Assembly: GCA_964586135.1 (NCBI GenBank)
Contig: CAZPGS010000001.1
Span: 18,761 to 82,760, forward strand
DNA: 64,000 bases
Direction: 5' to 3'
DNA from: an uncultured Nitrososphaerota archaeon
GTDB lineage: Archaea > Thermoproteota > Methanomethylicia > Nezhaarchaeales > WYZ-LMO8
A model generated the notes under the pieces. It was not told the DNA's origin. It worked only from the letters and a program-made list of their open reading frames with translations, and made no database searches. Below, one piece after another: positions 29,619 through 38,282 of this stretch (position 1 is its first letter; each line of letters begins with the position of its first letter). The position numbers were made by a program, and so were the translations under genes.

Positions 29619-30632
29619 TTGGGGAGAAGCGTTCATCAGCCTCGTCGCGGATCTCTGGGCTTCTACCCACGGGTGAGAGCTAAGAGTGTCGTCGCTAGGA
29701 TAAGAAATTGGCCTCAGGTCGAAGTCGAGAAACCGCAATTGCTGGGCTTCGCCGCGTACAAGGCGGGCATGACTCACGGTGTCGTAATCGAGGACAGACC
29801 AACGAGCCCGTTTTACGGTAGAGAGGTTGTGAAGGCGATCACCATACTCGATGCCCCGCCCCTCTTCGTGTGCGGAATAAGGCTCTACTCTTCAACTCCC
29901 TATGGGCTTAGGAGCGTTTTCGAGGTCTTAGCAGACAACCTCCCGAAAGACTTGGAGAGGAAAACGTCGCTCTCCAAGAACTACAACAAAGAAGAGAAGA
30001 TAGCGAGGGCCCAACAGTTATTGAACGAGGTCGCAGAGGTCAGGGTCCTCGCGTGTACTCAACCAAGATTATCTGGACTGAAGAAGAAGACCCCCGAAAT
30101 TATGGAGATAAAGGTCGCAGCCAAGAACGTCGAAGAAGCTTGGGATTACGCGCTATCGATACTTGGGAAAGAGGTAAGGGCCCCAGATATATTTAAGGAA
30201 GGACAATACGTCGATGTCATCAGCATAACCAAGGGCAAGGGCTTTCAAGGCGTGGTGAAGAGATACGGAGTGAAAATTATGCCCCGATGGCACAAGCACC
30301 GCAAAGGCCATCGAAGAACCGGTACGGCGAGCCCCCAGAAGCCCGACATGATGTATAGCATACCAAGGCCTGGACAGCTGGGATTCCACCAGCGAACCGA
30401 GTACAACAAGCGCATAATAAAAATGGGAGAAGATGGATTAAGTGTGACGGTCAAGGGGGGTTTTGTCGGCTACGGCATTGTTAGAGGGCCTTACATAGTG
30501 TTATTGGGCTCGGTACCAGGGCCTAGAGGTAGGCTCGTGAGGTTGAGGTTCCCTATAAGGCCTCTGAAGGACGCGCCCACGAGCCCTCCTAAAATAGTGA
30601 GCATAAACATAGACTCTAAACAGGGTGGTTAG
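29619..30632 (+). CDS. rpl3: 50S ribosomal protein L3
   Basis: PRRGSLGFYPR, YKAGMTH and TKGKGFQGVVKR. Confidence 0.97.
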   Translation: MGRSVHQPRRGSLGFYPRVRAKSVVARIRNWPQVEVEKPQLLGFAAYKAGMTHGVVIEDRPTSPFYGREVVKAITILDAPPLFVCGIRLYSSTPYGLRSVFEVLADNLPKDLERKTSLSKNYNKEEKIARAQQLLNEVAEVRVLACTQPRLSGLKKKTPEIMEIKVAAKNVEEAWDYALSILGKEVRAPDIFKEGQYVDVISITKGKGFQGVVKRYGVKIMPRWHKHRKGHRRTGTASPQKPDMMYSIPRPGQLGFHQRTEYNKRIIKMGEDGLSVTVKGGFVGYGIVRGPYIVLLGSVPGPRGRLVRLRFPIRPLKDAPTSPPKIVSINIDSKQGG

Positions 30633-30634
30633 CG

Positions 30635-31435
30635 GTGCAAGGACCAGTCAAGGTAGCTACGGTTTATGACCTCGAAGGAAGAGAGGCAGGGAAAATAGAG
30701 CTACCGGAGGTCTTCGGCTATGAGGTCAGGGAGGACGTGATAAAGCGGGCTTACTTGGCGGCGCTCACGGCAAGGATACAGCCTCAAGGCAGGGACCCCA
30801 TGGCTGGTAAGAGGACTTCGGCTGAAAGTTGGGGGGTGGGCTATGGCATTGCTAGGGTCCCCAGGGTCAAGGGAGGGAGGTACCCACGCGCAGCGAGCGC
30901 TGCCTTCGTGACGATGGCCGTCGGAGGGAGGAGGGCCCATGCACCAACAGTCGAGAAGAAAATACGCGAAAGGATAAACAAGAAAGAAAAGCGACTCGCC
31001 ATCAAATCCGCGATAGCCGCGACTGCCATCAGGGAGCTCGTGGAAAAGAGAGGCCATATACTTCCACCAGAAATCTCCTTGCCGATAGTGGTGAAGGCAG
31101 AGATAGAGGGGATGGAGACTGTCAAGCAGGCCAAAGAGTTCTTGGCGAAGATGGGGCTATGGAGCGATGTAGAGAGAGTGCGCAAAAGGACCAAGATAAG
31201 AGCGGGCAAGGGGAAGATGAGAGGGAGGAGGTATAAGGAGGGCAAGAGCTTGCTCGTGGTTTTCTCCGGAAAGTGCGAGGCCGTGAAGGCCTTTAGGAAC
31301 CTCCCAGGGGTCACCGTTGCCTACGTCAAAAATCTATCGGTCCTGCACTTAGCCCCGGGAGGAGTTCCGGGACGCTTGACCTTATGGAGTGAGGGCGCCA
31401 TAGAGGCATTAGCTGAAATGGTGTGTGAAAAGTGA
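30635..31435 (+). CDS. rpl4: 50S ribosomal protein L4
   Basis: [28 protein letters not shown] and LAPGG.PGRLT. Confidence 0.97.
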   Translation: MQGPVKVATVYDLEGREAGKIELPEVFGYEVREDVIKRAYLAALTARIQPQGRDPMAGKRTSAESWGVGYGIARVPRVKGGRYPRAASAAFVTMAVGGRRAHAPTVEKKIRERINKKEKRLAIKSAIAATAIRELVEKRGHILPPEISLPIVVKAEIEGMETVKQAKEFLAKMGLWSDVERVRKRTKIRAGKGKMRGRRYKEGKSLLVVFSGKCEAVKAFRNLPGVTVAYVKNLSVLHLAPGGVPGRLTLWSEGAIEALAEMVCEK

Positions 31436-31722
31436 GTAGCGAAAAAGTCAGTGAAAAAACCTTGAAGTACTATGACGTTGTCCTGAGGCCTGTGGTCTCA
31501 GAGAAAGCTCTATCGTTGATTGAGAAGAGCAACACCTTGACCTTCATCGTCGACTTAAGGGCTAACAAGCTCCGCATAAAAGAGGCCGTCGAAAAGCTCT
31601 TTGACGTCAAGGTCGAAAAGGTCAACACCTCTATAGTCCCGAAAGGGGAGAAGAAGGCCTTCGTGAAATTAAAGCCTGAGCACAAGGCTTCAGACGTAGC
31701 AGTTAAGCTGGGCATCTTGTAG
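31432..31722 (+). CDS. rpl23: 50S ribosomal protein L23
   Basis: [15 protein letters not shown] and KKAFVKL. Confidence 0.96.
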   Translation: MSSEKVSEKTLKYYDVVLRPVVSEKALSLIEKSNTLTFIVDLRANKLRIKEAVEKLFDVKVEKVNTSIVPKGEKKAFVKLKPEHKASDVAVKLGIL

Positions 31723-31732
31723 GGTGGTCGTT

Positions 31733-32452
31733 ATGGGCAAGCGCATATTAGCTCAACGCAAAGGCCGTGGAGGCTCCGTCTTCAGATCCCCAAGGTGGTT
31801 ACACAAAGGCCCTGCCAAGTATCCTAACTTAAGTAAGAGGGAGTGTGAGGGCCTGATTGAGGGGAGGGTAGAGGCGATAATTCATGATCCAGGCAGAGGG
31901 GCGCCGTTGGCGTTAATTAGTCTGCCACACGAAGTGAAGTTCTTCAACGTCGCTGCCGAGGGGATCAAGGTAGGACAGAGGGTACAAATAGGGGACAAGG
32001 CCGAGATAGCTCCGGGCAACATACTGCCCCTGAGGAGCATACCTGATGGGACCAAGGTCTTCAACGTGGAGCTCTCCTACGGCGATGGCGGACGCTTAGT
32101 CAGGGGCTCGGGGTGCTATGCCATCGTATTAAGCCATTCGACCGAGGGCGTGTACATTAGCTTGCCCTCAGGGGAGACAAAGCTCGTCAACGGCTTAGCA
32201 AGAGCAACCATAGGAGCCGTAGCCGGCGCCGGGAGGACAGAGAAGCCCTTCGTGAAGGCTGGCGCTAAATACCACTTGTCAAAAGTTAAGGCGTGGAAGT
32301 ACCCCGAGGTCCGTGGCAAAGCGATGGGCGCTTATGCGCATCCTCACGGCGGAGGAGCCCATCCAAAGGGTAGCTCGCCCGTGAGCCACGGAACGCCTCC
32401 GGGAGCGAAGGTTGGACACATATCTAGCAAGAGGACCGGTAAAAGAGAGTGA
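31733..32452 (+). CDS. rpl2: 50S ribosomal protein L2
   Basis: MGKRILAQRKGRG, HDPGRGAPLA and HPHGGG. Confidence 0.97.
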   Translation: MGKRILAQRKGRGGSVFRSPRWLHKGPAKYPNLSKRECEGLIEGRVEAIIHDPGRGAPLALISLPHEVKFFNVAAEGIKVGQRVQIGDKAEIAPGNILPLRSIPDGTKVFNVELSYGDGGRLVRGSGCYAIVLSHSTEGVYISLPSGETKLVNGLARATIGAVAGAGRTEKPFVKAGAKYHLSKVKAWKYPEVRGKAMGAYAHPHGGGAHPKGSSPVSHGTPPGAKVGHISSKRTGKRE

Positions 32453-32529
32453 AATGAACTAGGTCTCTTAATCGCCGACTTCGGGCCCTTTGTGCCTTAA
32501 GGCTAGGCCTTATCTCCCTTACGACGTTC

Positions 32530-32922
32530 CTACTTCAGGGGCACGTACATCGAGCTTCGCGTCGCTCTCAGCCCAGGCTCGCCATGCTCCACCTTCTTGC
32601 ACGTAGGAGCGAACTCTCCTAGGTAATGTCCTATCATCTCTTCAGTTATCGTGACAGGAACGAACTCTTTACCATTATAGACATGGATGGTCGTATCAAC
32701 CATTTCAGGCAATATTATCATGTCCCTGATGTGCGTTCTAACCGTAGATCTCTTGCCGCTTTTAAGCTCTCTCATTTTCTCGAGGAGCTTCCTCTTCTCC
32801 TCGTTCAGGCCCCTTAAAAGAGATCTCCTTTGCCTCGCTGGGAGTAACTTTATGAACTCGTCCATGGGCATCTCTAGCAACCGCTCTAAGGTATAGCCCC
32901 TATACGTAAACTTGCTCGACAT
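32530..32922 (-). CDS. rps19: 30S ribosomal protein S19, inverted relative to its neighbours
   Basis: [31 protein letters not shown] and [11 protein letters not shown]. Confidence 0.97.
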   Translation of the reverse strand: MSSKFTYRGYTLERLLEMPMDEFIKLLPARQRRSLLRGLNEEKRKLLEKMRELKSGKRSTVRTHIRDMIILPEMVDTTIHVYNGKEFVPVTITEEMIGHYLGEFAPTCKKVEHGEPGLRATRSSMYVPLK

Positions 32923-33043
32923 AGACCTCTCGCTTCTTTTTGAGCTACTCCAGTTATAAGAATTACTTTTTAAAGCGGAAACCTAATAGGTGAGAGTCCT
33001 CTTTTTCCCAGCGCTAACAGTATTGAAGAGAGAAGGTAGCTCT

Positions 33044-33505
33044 ATGCCGGAATTTGGCTACTCTCTTCAAGTCTACGAGCCTGAGAAAATGGCCATAGCC
33101 AGTGGAAGAGACTTGAGGATAAGTTGGAAGAAGGCGGTGGAGGTTTGCCGGTTCATAAAGGGTAGAAAGCTCGACGAAGCCAAGAAGCTACTAGAGGGGG
33201 TTTTAAAGAGGGAGGTCATGATTCCCTTTACCACTTTCAACAGAAAGCGCGCACATCATGGTAATATAAACAAGCATCCAAGCGGTGGCTATCCCATAAG
33301 AGTTGTGAAAGAAGTATTGAAGATATTGAGGAATGTGGAGTCCAATGCTGAGAACAAAGGCCTCGATGTCGAGAGGCTAGTCATAGTGCACGCCGCCGCG
33401 CACAAGGGACCTGTCATCAGGAAGTACATACCGAGGGCGTTCGGCAGGGCCACTCCGTTCTTCCAGCAGTTGGTTCATATAGAGGTAGCGGTCAAAGAGG
33501 TCTAG
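33044..33505 (+). CDS. rpl22: 50S ribosomal protein L22
   Basis: RDLRISWK, NAENKGLD and PRAFGRATP. ATG at 33044. Confidence 0.96.
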   Translation: MPEFGYSLQVYEPEKMAIASGRDLRISWKKAVEVCRFIKGRKLDEAKKLLEGVLKREVMIPFTTFNRKRAHHGNINKHPSGGYPIRVVKEVLKILRNVESNAENKGLDVERLVIVHAAAHKGPVIRKYIPRAFGRATPFFQQLVHIEVAVKEV

Positions 33506-33529
33506 AAAATCGCGAGCAAAGGGGGTTTC

Positions 33530-34174
33530 ATGCCGGACATAGAGAAAGGCTTCATCACTAAAGCGTTAAAAAGGCTTGACGTAGACTCCTTTCTAAAACG
33601 CGAGCTGGAGAGGGCTGGCTACGTTAAAGTGGACTTACAGAAGACGCCTCTCGGCACTAACGTGACCATTTATGCAGAAAAGCCGGGAATGGTCATAGGA
33701 AAACATGGCTCTACAGTCCATGAATTAACGCAGAAGTTAGAGAAGACTTTCGGGATCGAGAGGCCCCAAATCGCGGTAGCACCAATTGAAGTCCCAGAGC
33801 TTAACGCTAGGATAATGGCTCAAAGAATCAAGAACGCTCTCGAAAGGGGCATACACTTTCGAAGGGCTGCCTACATAGCTTTAAACCAAATAATGGAGGC
33901 CGGTGCTCTCGGCGCTGAGATAAGGATCAAAGGCAAGCTCAGGACTGAACGAGCTAGGTATGAGAAGCTTCGGTCAGGGATAGTCTTAAAAGCTGGCCAG
34001 TTATCGCAAGAGCACGTGGACGTAGCCGTCGAGCACGCACTCTTAAAGCAGGGCAAAATAGGCATAAAGGTCGAGATATTCTTGCCTTCGGCGGTTAAGG
34101 CCACAGAGGAGTTAGACAAGAGCAAGGTCTTCGTAAAAAGCGAGAGCGAGGGTTGTGGCGATACTCAAGGTTAA
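33530..34174 (+). CDS. rps3: 30S ribosomal protein S3
   Basis: KTPLGT, PGMVIGKHG (KH domain), FRRAAY and GKLRTERAR. Confidence 0.96.
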   Translation: MPDIEKGFITKALKRLDVDSFLKRELERAGYVKVDLQKTPLGTNVTIYAEKPGMVIGKHGSTVHELTQKLEKTFGIERPQIAVAPIEVPELNARIMAQRIKNALERGIHFRRAAYIALNQIMEAGALGAEIRIKGKLRTERARYEKLRSGIVLKAGQLSQEHVDVAVEHALLKQGKIGIKVEIFLPSAVKATEELDKSKVFVKSESEGCGDTQG

Positions 34175-34370
34175 GGATATAGGGAAAATGTCTAAAGAAG
34201 AGAGGCTTGCCAAACTCAGAGAACTAAAAGCAGAGCTCCTGAGGCTTAGGACCCAACAGGCTTCAGGGGCTCCGCTCGAAAACCCCGGCAGAGTGAGGAT
34301 TATAAAAAAGACCATAGCCAGGATCTTGACGGTCATAAATGAAGAGAAGAAGGGTTCTAAACGTGCCTGA
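34155..34370 (+). CDS. rpl29: 50S ribosomal protein L29
   Basis: ENPGRVRIIKKTIARILTV. Confidence 0.95.
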   Translation: MAILKVKDIGKMSKEERLAKLRELKAELLRLRTQQASGAPLENPGRVRIIKKTIARILTVINEEKKGSKRA

Positions 34371-35475
34371 ACCTGTCCTTAAGCTTCACCAATATCTTGG
34401 GTAATGTCGTGTACTCTAGTTCTTCAGGTCCGACCCTAGCCGGCATGAACTCTCCCATCCTCCTCATGTAGTCAGCTATCTGCATCGCGATAGTCCTTGC
34501 CACGTCAAAGGCCGGGTCATCGAATAGGTCGGCGGGCTCAGAGCCCGTAAGGCCTATTAACTCGCCGTTTGTCAGCTGGAAGCCAAGAGCTACGACTCGA
34601 GGCGGGCCGTCGAAGAAAGTGCAACGCGCATGCTTCAGACTTACTGGCATCAATGGACCATAGTGCGAGCCCCTCATCCAACCTGCCACGAGGTGGGGGT
34701 ACGCGAAAGGCGCTAGTATTTCACCGACGGCTGGAAAGCCGTGCTGGGCCCTGATTATTAAGGCGGGGTCATCCTTGCCGACGTACTTGCCAGCTATTAA
34801 GCTGAGCCTCGTCGTGGTGGCCACGGCAGCAATCTCTCTATCCACTTTTCTCAGAACCTTCTCGACGACGTACCTCCCCGTCGTGCCCAAGAGCGCCACT
34901 AAGCTGTAAAGCTCTTCAGGGCAACTGAGGTCGACAACCTTTCCCTCTACGACGTCCATGACCCTAAATATGAAGCCTTCGTGCATGCTGGGATCTATTA
35001 CTAAACCAGCGGTGTTATCTGGTGACGCGAAGATCTTGTAAAGGGGGTAGTTCCAAGCTCCGGGCTCAGTCTTATCGGCTGCGAACACTACTATTGGCTC
35101 GCTGAGCCTCTCGGTTATCTCCATCTCGGCAACTCCAGGGCCCATCCCCTTCACATTGCCTGAGAAGGTGTCTGAGAGGAGGTCCTGTCCGGCCGCGTAG
35201 AGCTTTAGAGGTTTTGAAACCTTCTCTGTGACCTCCTTGAATGTGTTCCAAGCTAAGCCATGGATCTCCGGGTCGCCTTCTCCCTTAGTGTGGGTCATCA
35301 ACAATTCCAAGTCGTCGCCACAATTGAAGACGTAGTAGTCCATAATGATTCCATTTTTCTTGGCCTCTTCAAGCCGTTTGCGGGCCACTTCTAGTTGTTT
35401 GGGATGGACGACGTGGTGTCCGCAAAGAGAGCCCACATCGGCTTTTATCAAGCTAATGGTGACTTTTTGCGGCAC
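34357..35475 (-). CDS. fbp: Fructose-1,6-bisphosphate aldolase/phosphatase (class V)
   Basis: IKADVG, GQDLLSD.FSGN, DKTEPGA, YVGKDDP and GWMRGSH. Confidence 0.97.
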   Translation of the reverse strand: MPQKVTISLIKADVGSLCGHHVVHPKQLEVARKRLEEAKKNGIIMDYYVFNCGDDLELLMTHTKGEGDPEIHGLAWNTFKEVTEKVSKPLKLYAAGQDLLSDTFSGNVKGMGPGVAEMEITERLSEPIVVFAADKTEPGAWNYPLYKIFASPDNTAGLVIDPSMHEGFIFRVMDVVEGKVVDLSCPEELYSLVALLGTTGRYVVEKVLRKVDREIAAVATTTRLSLIAGKYVGKDDPALIIRAQHGFPAVGEILAPFAYPHLVAGWMRGSHYGPLMPVSLKHARCTFFDGPPRVVALGFQLTNGELIGLTGSEPADLFDDPAFDVARTIAMQIADYMRRMGEFMPARVGPEELEYTTLPKILVKLKDRFRHV

Positions 35476-35539
35476 GAAAGGTCACCCAGTTAAAAAACTG
35501 TGAGATGACCATATAAACCTTTAGCCTTGATCATGTAAT

Positions 35540-37363
35540 TCATGGTCCCTCCTTTTCCTCTGCCTCCTCCCTCTCAGGTATGTAATAGTACTCTCCTATG
35601 CTCTTCTGCTTCCTGTGGAGATAGGAGTCCGGCTTGTTTATCCTAACCCTCCCGCTGTGAAGGTCTCTCCTAAAGGTCACGTCGACTTCTCTCAAGAAGG
35701 CGTTGAAGCCACTCCTCAAGTCCATGGGGCTCGAAGCAACACCGTAGACTCCGGGCTTACCGCTAAAGACCATTATCGAATCAGCGACGGCGTCCATTAC
35801 GACGAGGTCATGCTCAACGACGAAGGCCGCGGCCTTCCTCTCGTCGACGATCTTCCTGACGAGCTTTGCCATCATCAAGCGTTGTTCTACGTCTAAGTAA
35901 GCCGAGGGCTCGTCTAACAGGTAAATGTCCGCCTCTCTGGCCAATGCACACGCTATGCTAACTCGTTGGAGTTCTCCGCCGCTTAGGGATGATAGCTTAC
36001 GATCGAAGAGGTGTTCGAGCATGAACGGCTGGCATATCTCGCTCTTGAACCAAGAAGAAGATAACACGCTCCCTAAATTCCTCGACAAGTAGTCGTATAC
36101 AACTTCGTCGCTCTCAGGTGTCAAGTATTGTGGTTTGTAACTCAGCCTTATCTCGCTCTTTCCTTCCTTCGATATGCCCTCCAAGAGGGACCTCACGAAC
36201 GTAGTCTTGCCGATTCCATTAGGACCCAGTATACCGATAACCTCCCCCTCGTGCACGACCCCTTGATTTACGGTGAGCTCGAAGACCCCTCCCACTTCGA
36301 CTTTGAAGGAGGGCCACGAGAAGAGCTCGTTGACGGCAAGTGATTCCCTAGGCCTAGGTCTTAGCCTGAATTTTACGGGCTCGCTCCTGAATCTCACGTT
36401 CTCGCCGGGTATGTAGCCATCGAGGTATATGTTTATGCCCACTCGGACCCCGTATGGCTGAGAGGCTATGCCATAGGCCCCTGGCTTGCCGTACATGATG
36501 CACACCTTGTCCGAGGCGTAGTCTAGTATCGCAAGGTCATGCTCGGCCACGACGACGGCCTTTCCCTCTTGCGAGAGTGACCTTATGACCTTTGAGACTC
36601 TGAGCCTCTGCATTACGTCGAGATAGCTTGCCGGTTCGTCAAATATGTAGACGTCGGCTTCTCGGCTACACGCGGCTATTATGGCCAACCTCTGCAACTC
36701 CCCGCCGCACAGGGCTGAGACCTCTCTATCAGCTATGTCAATTAAGTCGAGCTCCTTCGCTAAATCCCTCCACGAGCCCTTCTCATCAACTTTAGTGAGG
36801 AGGTCTTTGACGGTGCCCTTAACATATCTAGATATTAGGTCAACATGTTGTATTTTATGTACAATGCGTAATTTCCCGGAATACAAATCTCGAAAGTATG
36901 GCTGAAGCTCGGTGCCTGCAAAAAAGCGCACTACGTCGTCCCTCGTTAGTCGAAGCTCTATGTTTCCGAGGTTCGGCACGAGGTCGCCAGCTAAAATGCG
37001 AAGTATCGTGGTCTTTCCCGTGCCGTTGGGGCCTATCAAACCTAAGACTTGGCCTCTTCTAGGCGGGGGGAGCCTGTATAGCCTAAAGCCATTGGCTCCG
37101 TACTGATGAACACACTCACGCCCTATCTCCTCTGGCAAGTTGACTATAGTTATAGCCGAGAATGGGCATTTCTTGACGCAAATACCGCACCCTACACAAA
37201 GGTTCTCCTTTATCATCGGCCTTTGAGATTCCTCGCTCATCTCGATGGCCATCACTTTATTTTTGACCAGTGGGCAGAAGCGGAGGCACTCCTTGTAACA
37301 CTCTTTCGGTTTACAGAGGTCTTTGTCTATGACGGCTATTCGGGGCATGGTATTCCCCTCCAT
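35540..37363 (-). CDS. rli: Ribosome recycling ATPase ABCE1/RLI1
   Basis: N-terminal two-[4Fe-4S] cysteine motifs, two ABC NBDs (GPNGTGKT, GPNGIGKT, LSGGELQR) and TFRRD...RINK...GEYYY. Confidence 0.97.
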   Translation of the reverse strand: MEGNTMPRIAVIDKDLCKPKECYKECLRFCPLVKNKVMAIEMSEESQRPMIKENLCVGCGICVKKCPFSAITIVNLPEEIGRECVHQYGANGFRLYRLPPPRRGQVLGLIGPNGTGKTTILRILAGDLVPNLGNIELRLTRDDVVRFFAGTELQPYFRDLYSGKLRIVHKIQHVDLISRYVKGTVKDLLTKVDEKGSWRDLAKELDLIDIADREVSALCGGELQRLAIIAACSREADVYIFDEPASYLDVMQRLRVSKVIRSLSQEGKAVVVAEHDLAILDYASDKVCIMYGKPGAYGIASQPYGVRVGINIYLDGYIPGENVRFRSEPVKFRLRPRPRESLAVNELFSWPSFKVEVGGVFELTVNQGVVHEGEVIGILGPNGIGKTTFVRSLLEGISKEGKSEIRLSYKPQYLTPESDEVVYDYLSRNLGSVLSSSWFKSEICQPFMLEHLFDRKLSSLSGGELQRVSIACALAREADIYLLDEPSAYLDVEQRLMMAKLVRKIVDERKAAAFVVEHDLVVMDAVADSIMVFSGKPGVYGVASSPMDLRSGFNAFLREVDVTFRRDLHSGRVRINKPDSYLHRKQKSIGEYYYIPEREEAEEKEGP

Positions 37364-37570
37364 CGGACTTCAGAATCGTTTTAGCAAAATTGAGCTACAC
37401 GACGACTCAATAAATCATTCACCTACTTCATGGTCGCCTACAATACGTTTGCTTTTACAGACCTCTTCATCTTATTATCATAATTAACAAAGCGTTTCCC
37501 GATAACTAAGCAAATCGGGGGTCGCGTGTCGTCAGGGTTCAAGACTTAAATCAAAAATGAATGGGGGTCA

Positions 37571-37642
37571 TCACCACTCCTCTTCCCATTCCTCCTCTTC
37601 CCATTCCTCCTCCTCTTCCCATTCCTCCCATTCTTCCTCCAT
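37571..37642 (-). CDS. Putative 23-aa Glu/Trp micropeptide MEEEWEEWEEEEEWEEEEWEEEW
   Basis: ATG at 37642, only GAA/GAG/TGG codons, tandem TGA TGA stops. Upstream GGGGG RBS-like run and TTTAAATA TATA-like box (37690-37683); T-rich tract downstream. Confidence 0.65.
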   Translation of the reverse strand: MEEEWEEWEEEEEWEEEEWEEEW

Positions 37643-37760
37643 TTCCACGCCCCCTGAAGCGCTTTCTGAAGAGTTATGGCTTTATTTAAAGTTACCGATC
37701 AAATTCTTTAGGGAAGCTTTTAAAGGTCTTCCTTATAAAACACACACGAAGGTGTCGTCG

Positions 37761-38282
37761 GTGAAGTTCAACTTGTTAGTGTCGACGTATCGAAATAGGG
37801 AGGACGACTGTATCAGTGAGCTGTGGTACCTCTTTCGAGAGCTAGGCGACGACCAAGTAGAGGTGCGTAGGGCTCTAGTCCCCGGCCTCTTATTGGTGAA
37901 GACTAAGCTGGACGCCTACGAGGCCTCTAAGAAAATAGGAGAGATAGCTAAGGAAAGGCCGTGGGACGTTAGGTATACGCTTAAGCTCACCCCGATAGAT
38001 GCTGTCACAAGCGATGATATTGAGGAGATAAAGAGGGTTGCCGTCTCGTTTGCCAATAAGAAGATAAGCGAGGGCGAGACTTATCGAATAACCGTAAATA
38101 AGAGGGTCTCCGGTATAAGTAGCCGAAGGCTTATAGAAGAGATAGCCGAAGAAGTCAATAGAAAGGTCAACCTGAAAAATCCTGATAAAATTCTGCAAAT
38201 AGAGATCATCGGCAAAGACGTGGGGATAGCAATATTGAGGCCAGAAGACATAGTTTCTATAGTGAAGATAACTACCTCCTAA
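37761..38282 (+). CDS. Stand-alone THUMP-domain RNA-binding protein
   Basis: FNLLVST.R.RE, TYRITVNKR and VNLKNPDKILQIEIIG. GTG start at 37761; the His/Ser-rich extension in the track is the antisense of the micropeptide. Confidence 0.85.
   Translation: MKFNLLVSTYRNREDDCISELWYLFRELGDDQVEVRRALVPGLLLVKTKLDAYEASKKIGEIAKERPWDVRYTLKLTPIDAVTSDDIEEIKRVAVSFANKKISEGETYRITVNKRVSGISSRRLIEEIAEEVNRKVNLKNPDKILQIEIIGKDVGIAILRPEDIVSIVKITTS

Noticed and set aside
37390..37540. Possible structured ncRNA between ABCE1 and the micro-ORF (CCCGAT...ATCGGG hairpin, scattered ATGAAGA)
   Set aside because: Only a 6-bp stem, and the boxes do not form a valid C/D layout. Cannot be supported without covariation data.
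37574..37640. CCATTCCTC(CTC)n repeats as a CRISPR array or plain microsatellite
   Set aside because: There are no unique spacers and the units are far too short for CRISPR. Variation is in whole codons with an ATG and double stop, so a coding explanation is preferred.
37557..37760. His/Ser-rich N-terminal extension (MNGGHHHSSSHSSS...) of the THUMP ORF
   Set aside because: It is the antisense reading of the Glu/Trp micro-ORF plus promoter DNA. THUMP homology begins at GTG 37761.
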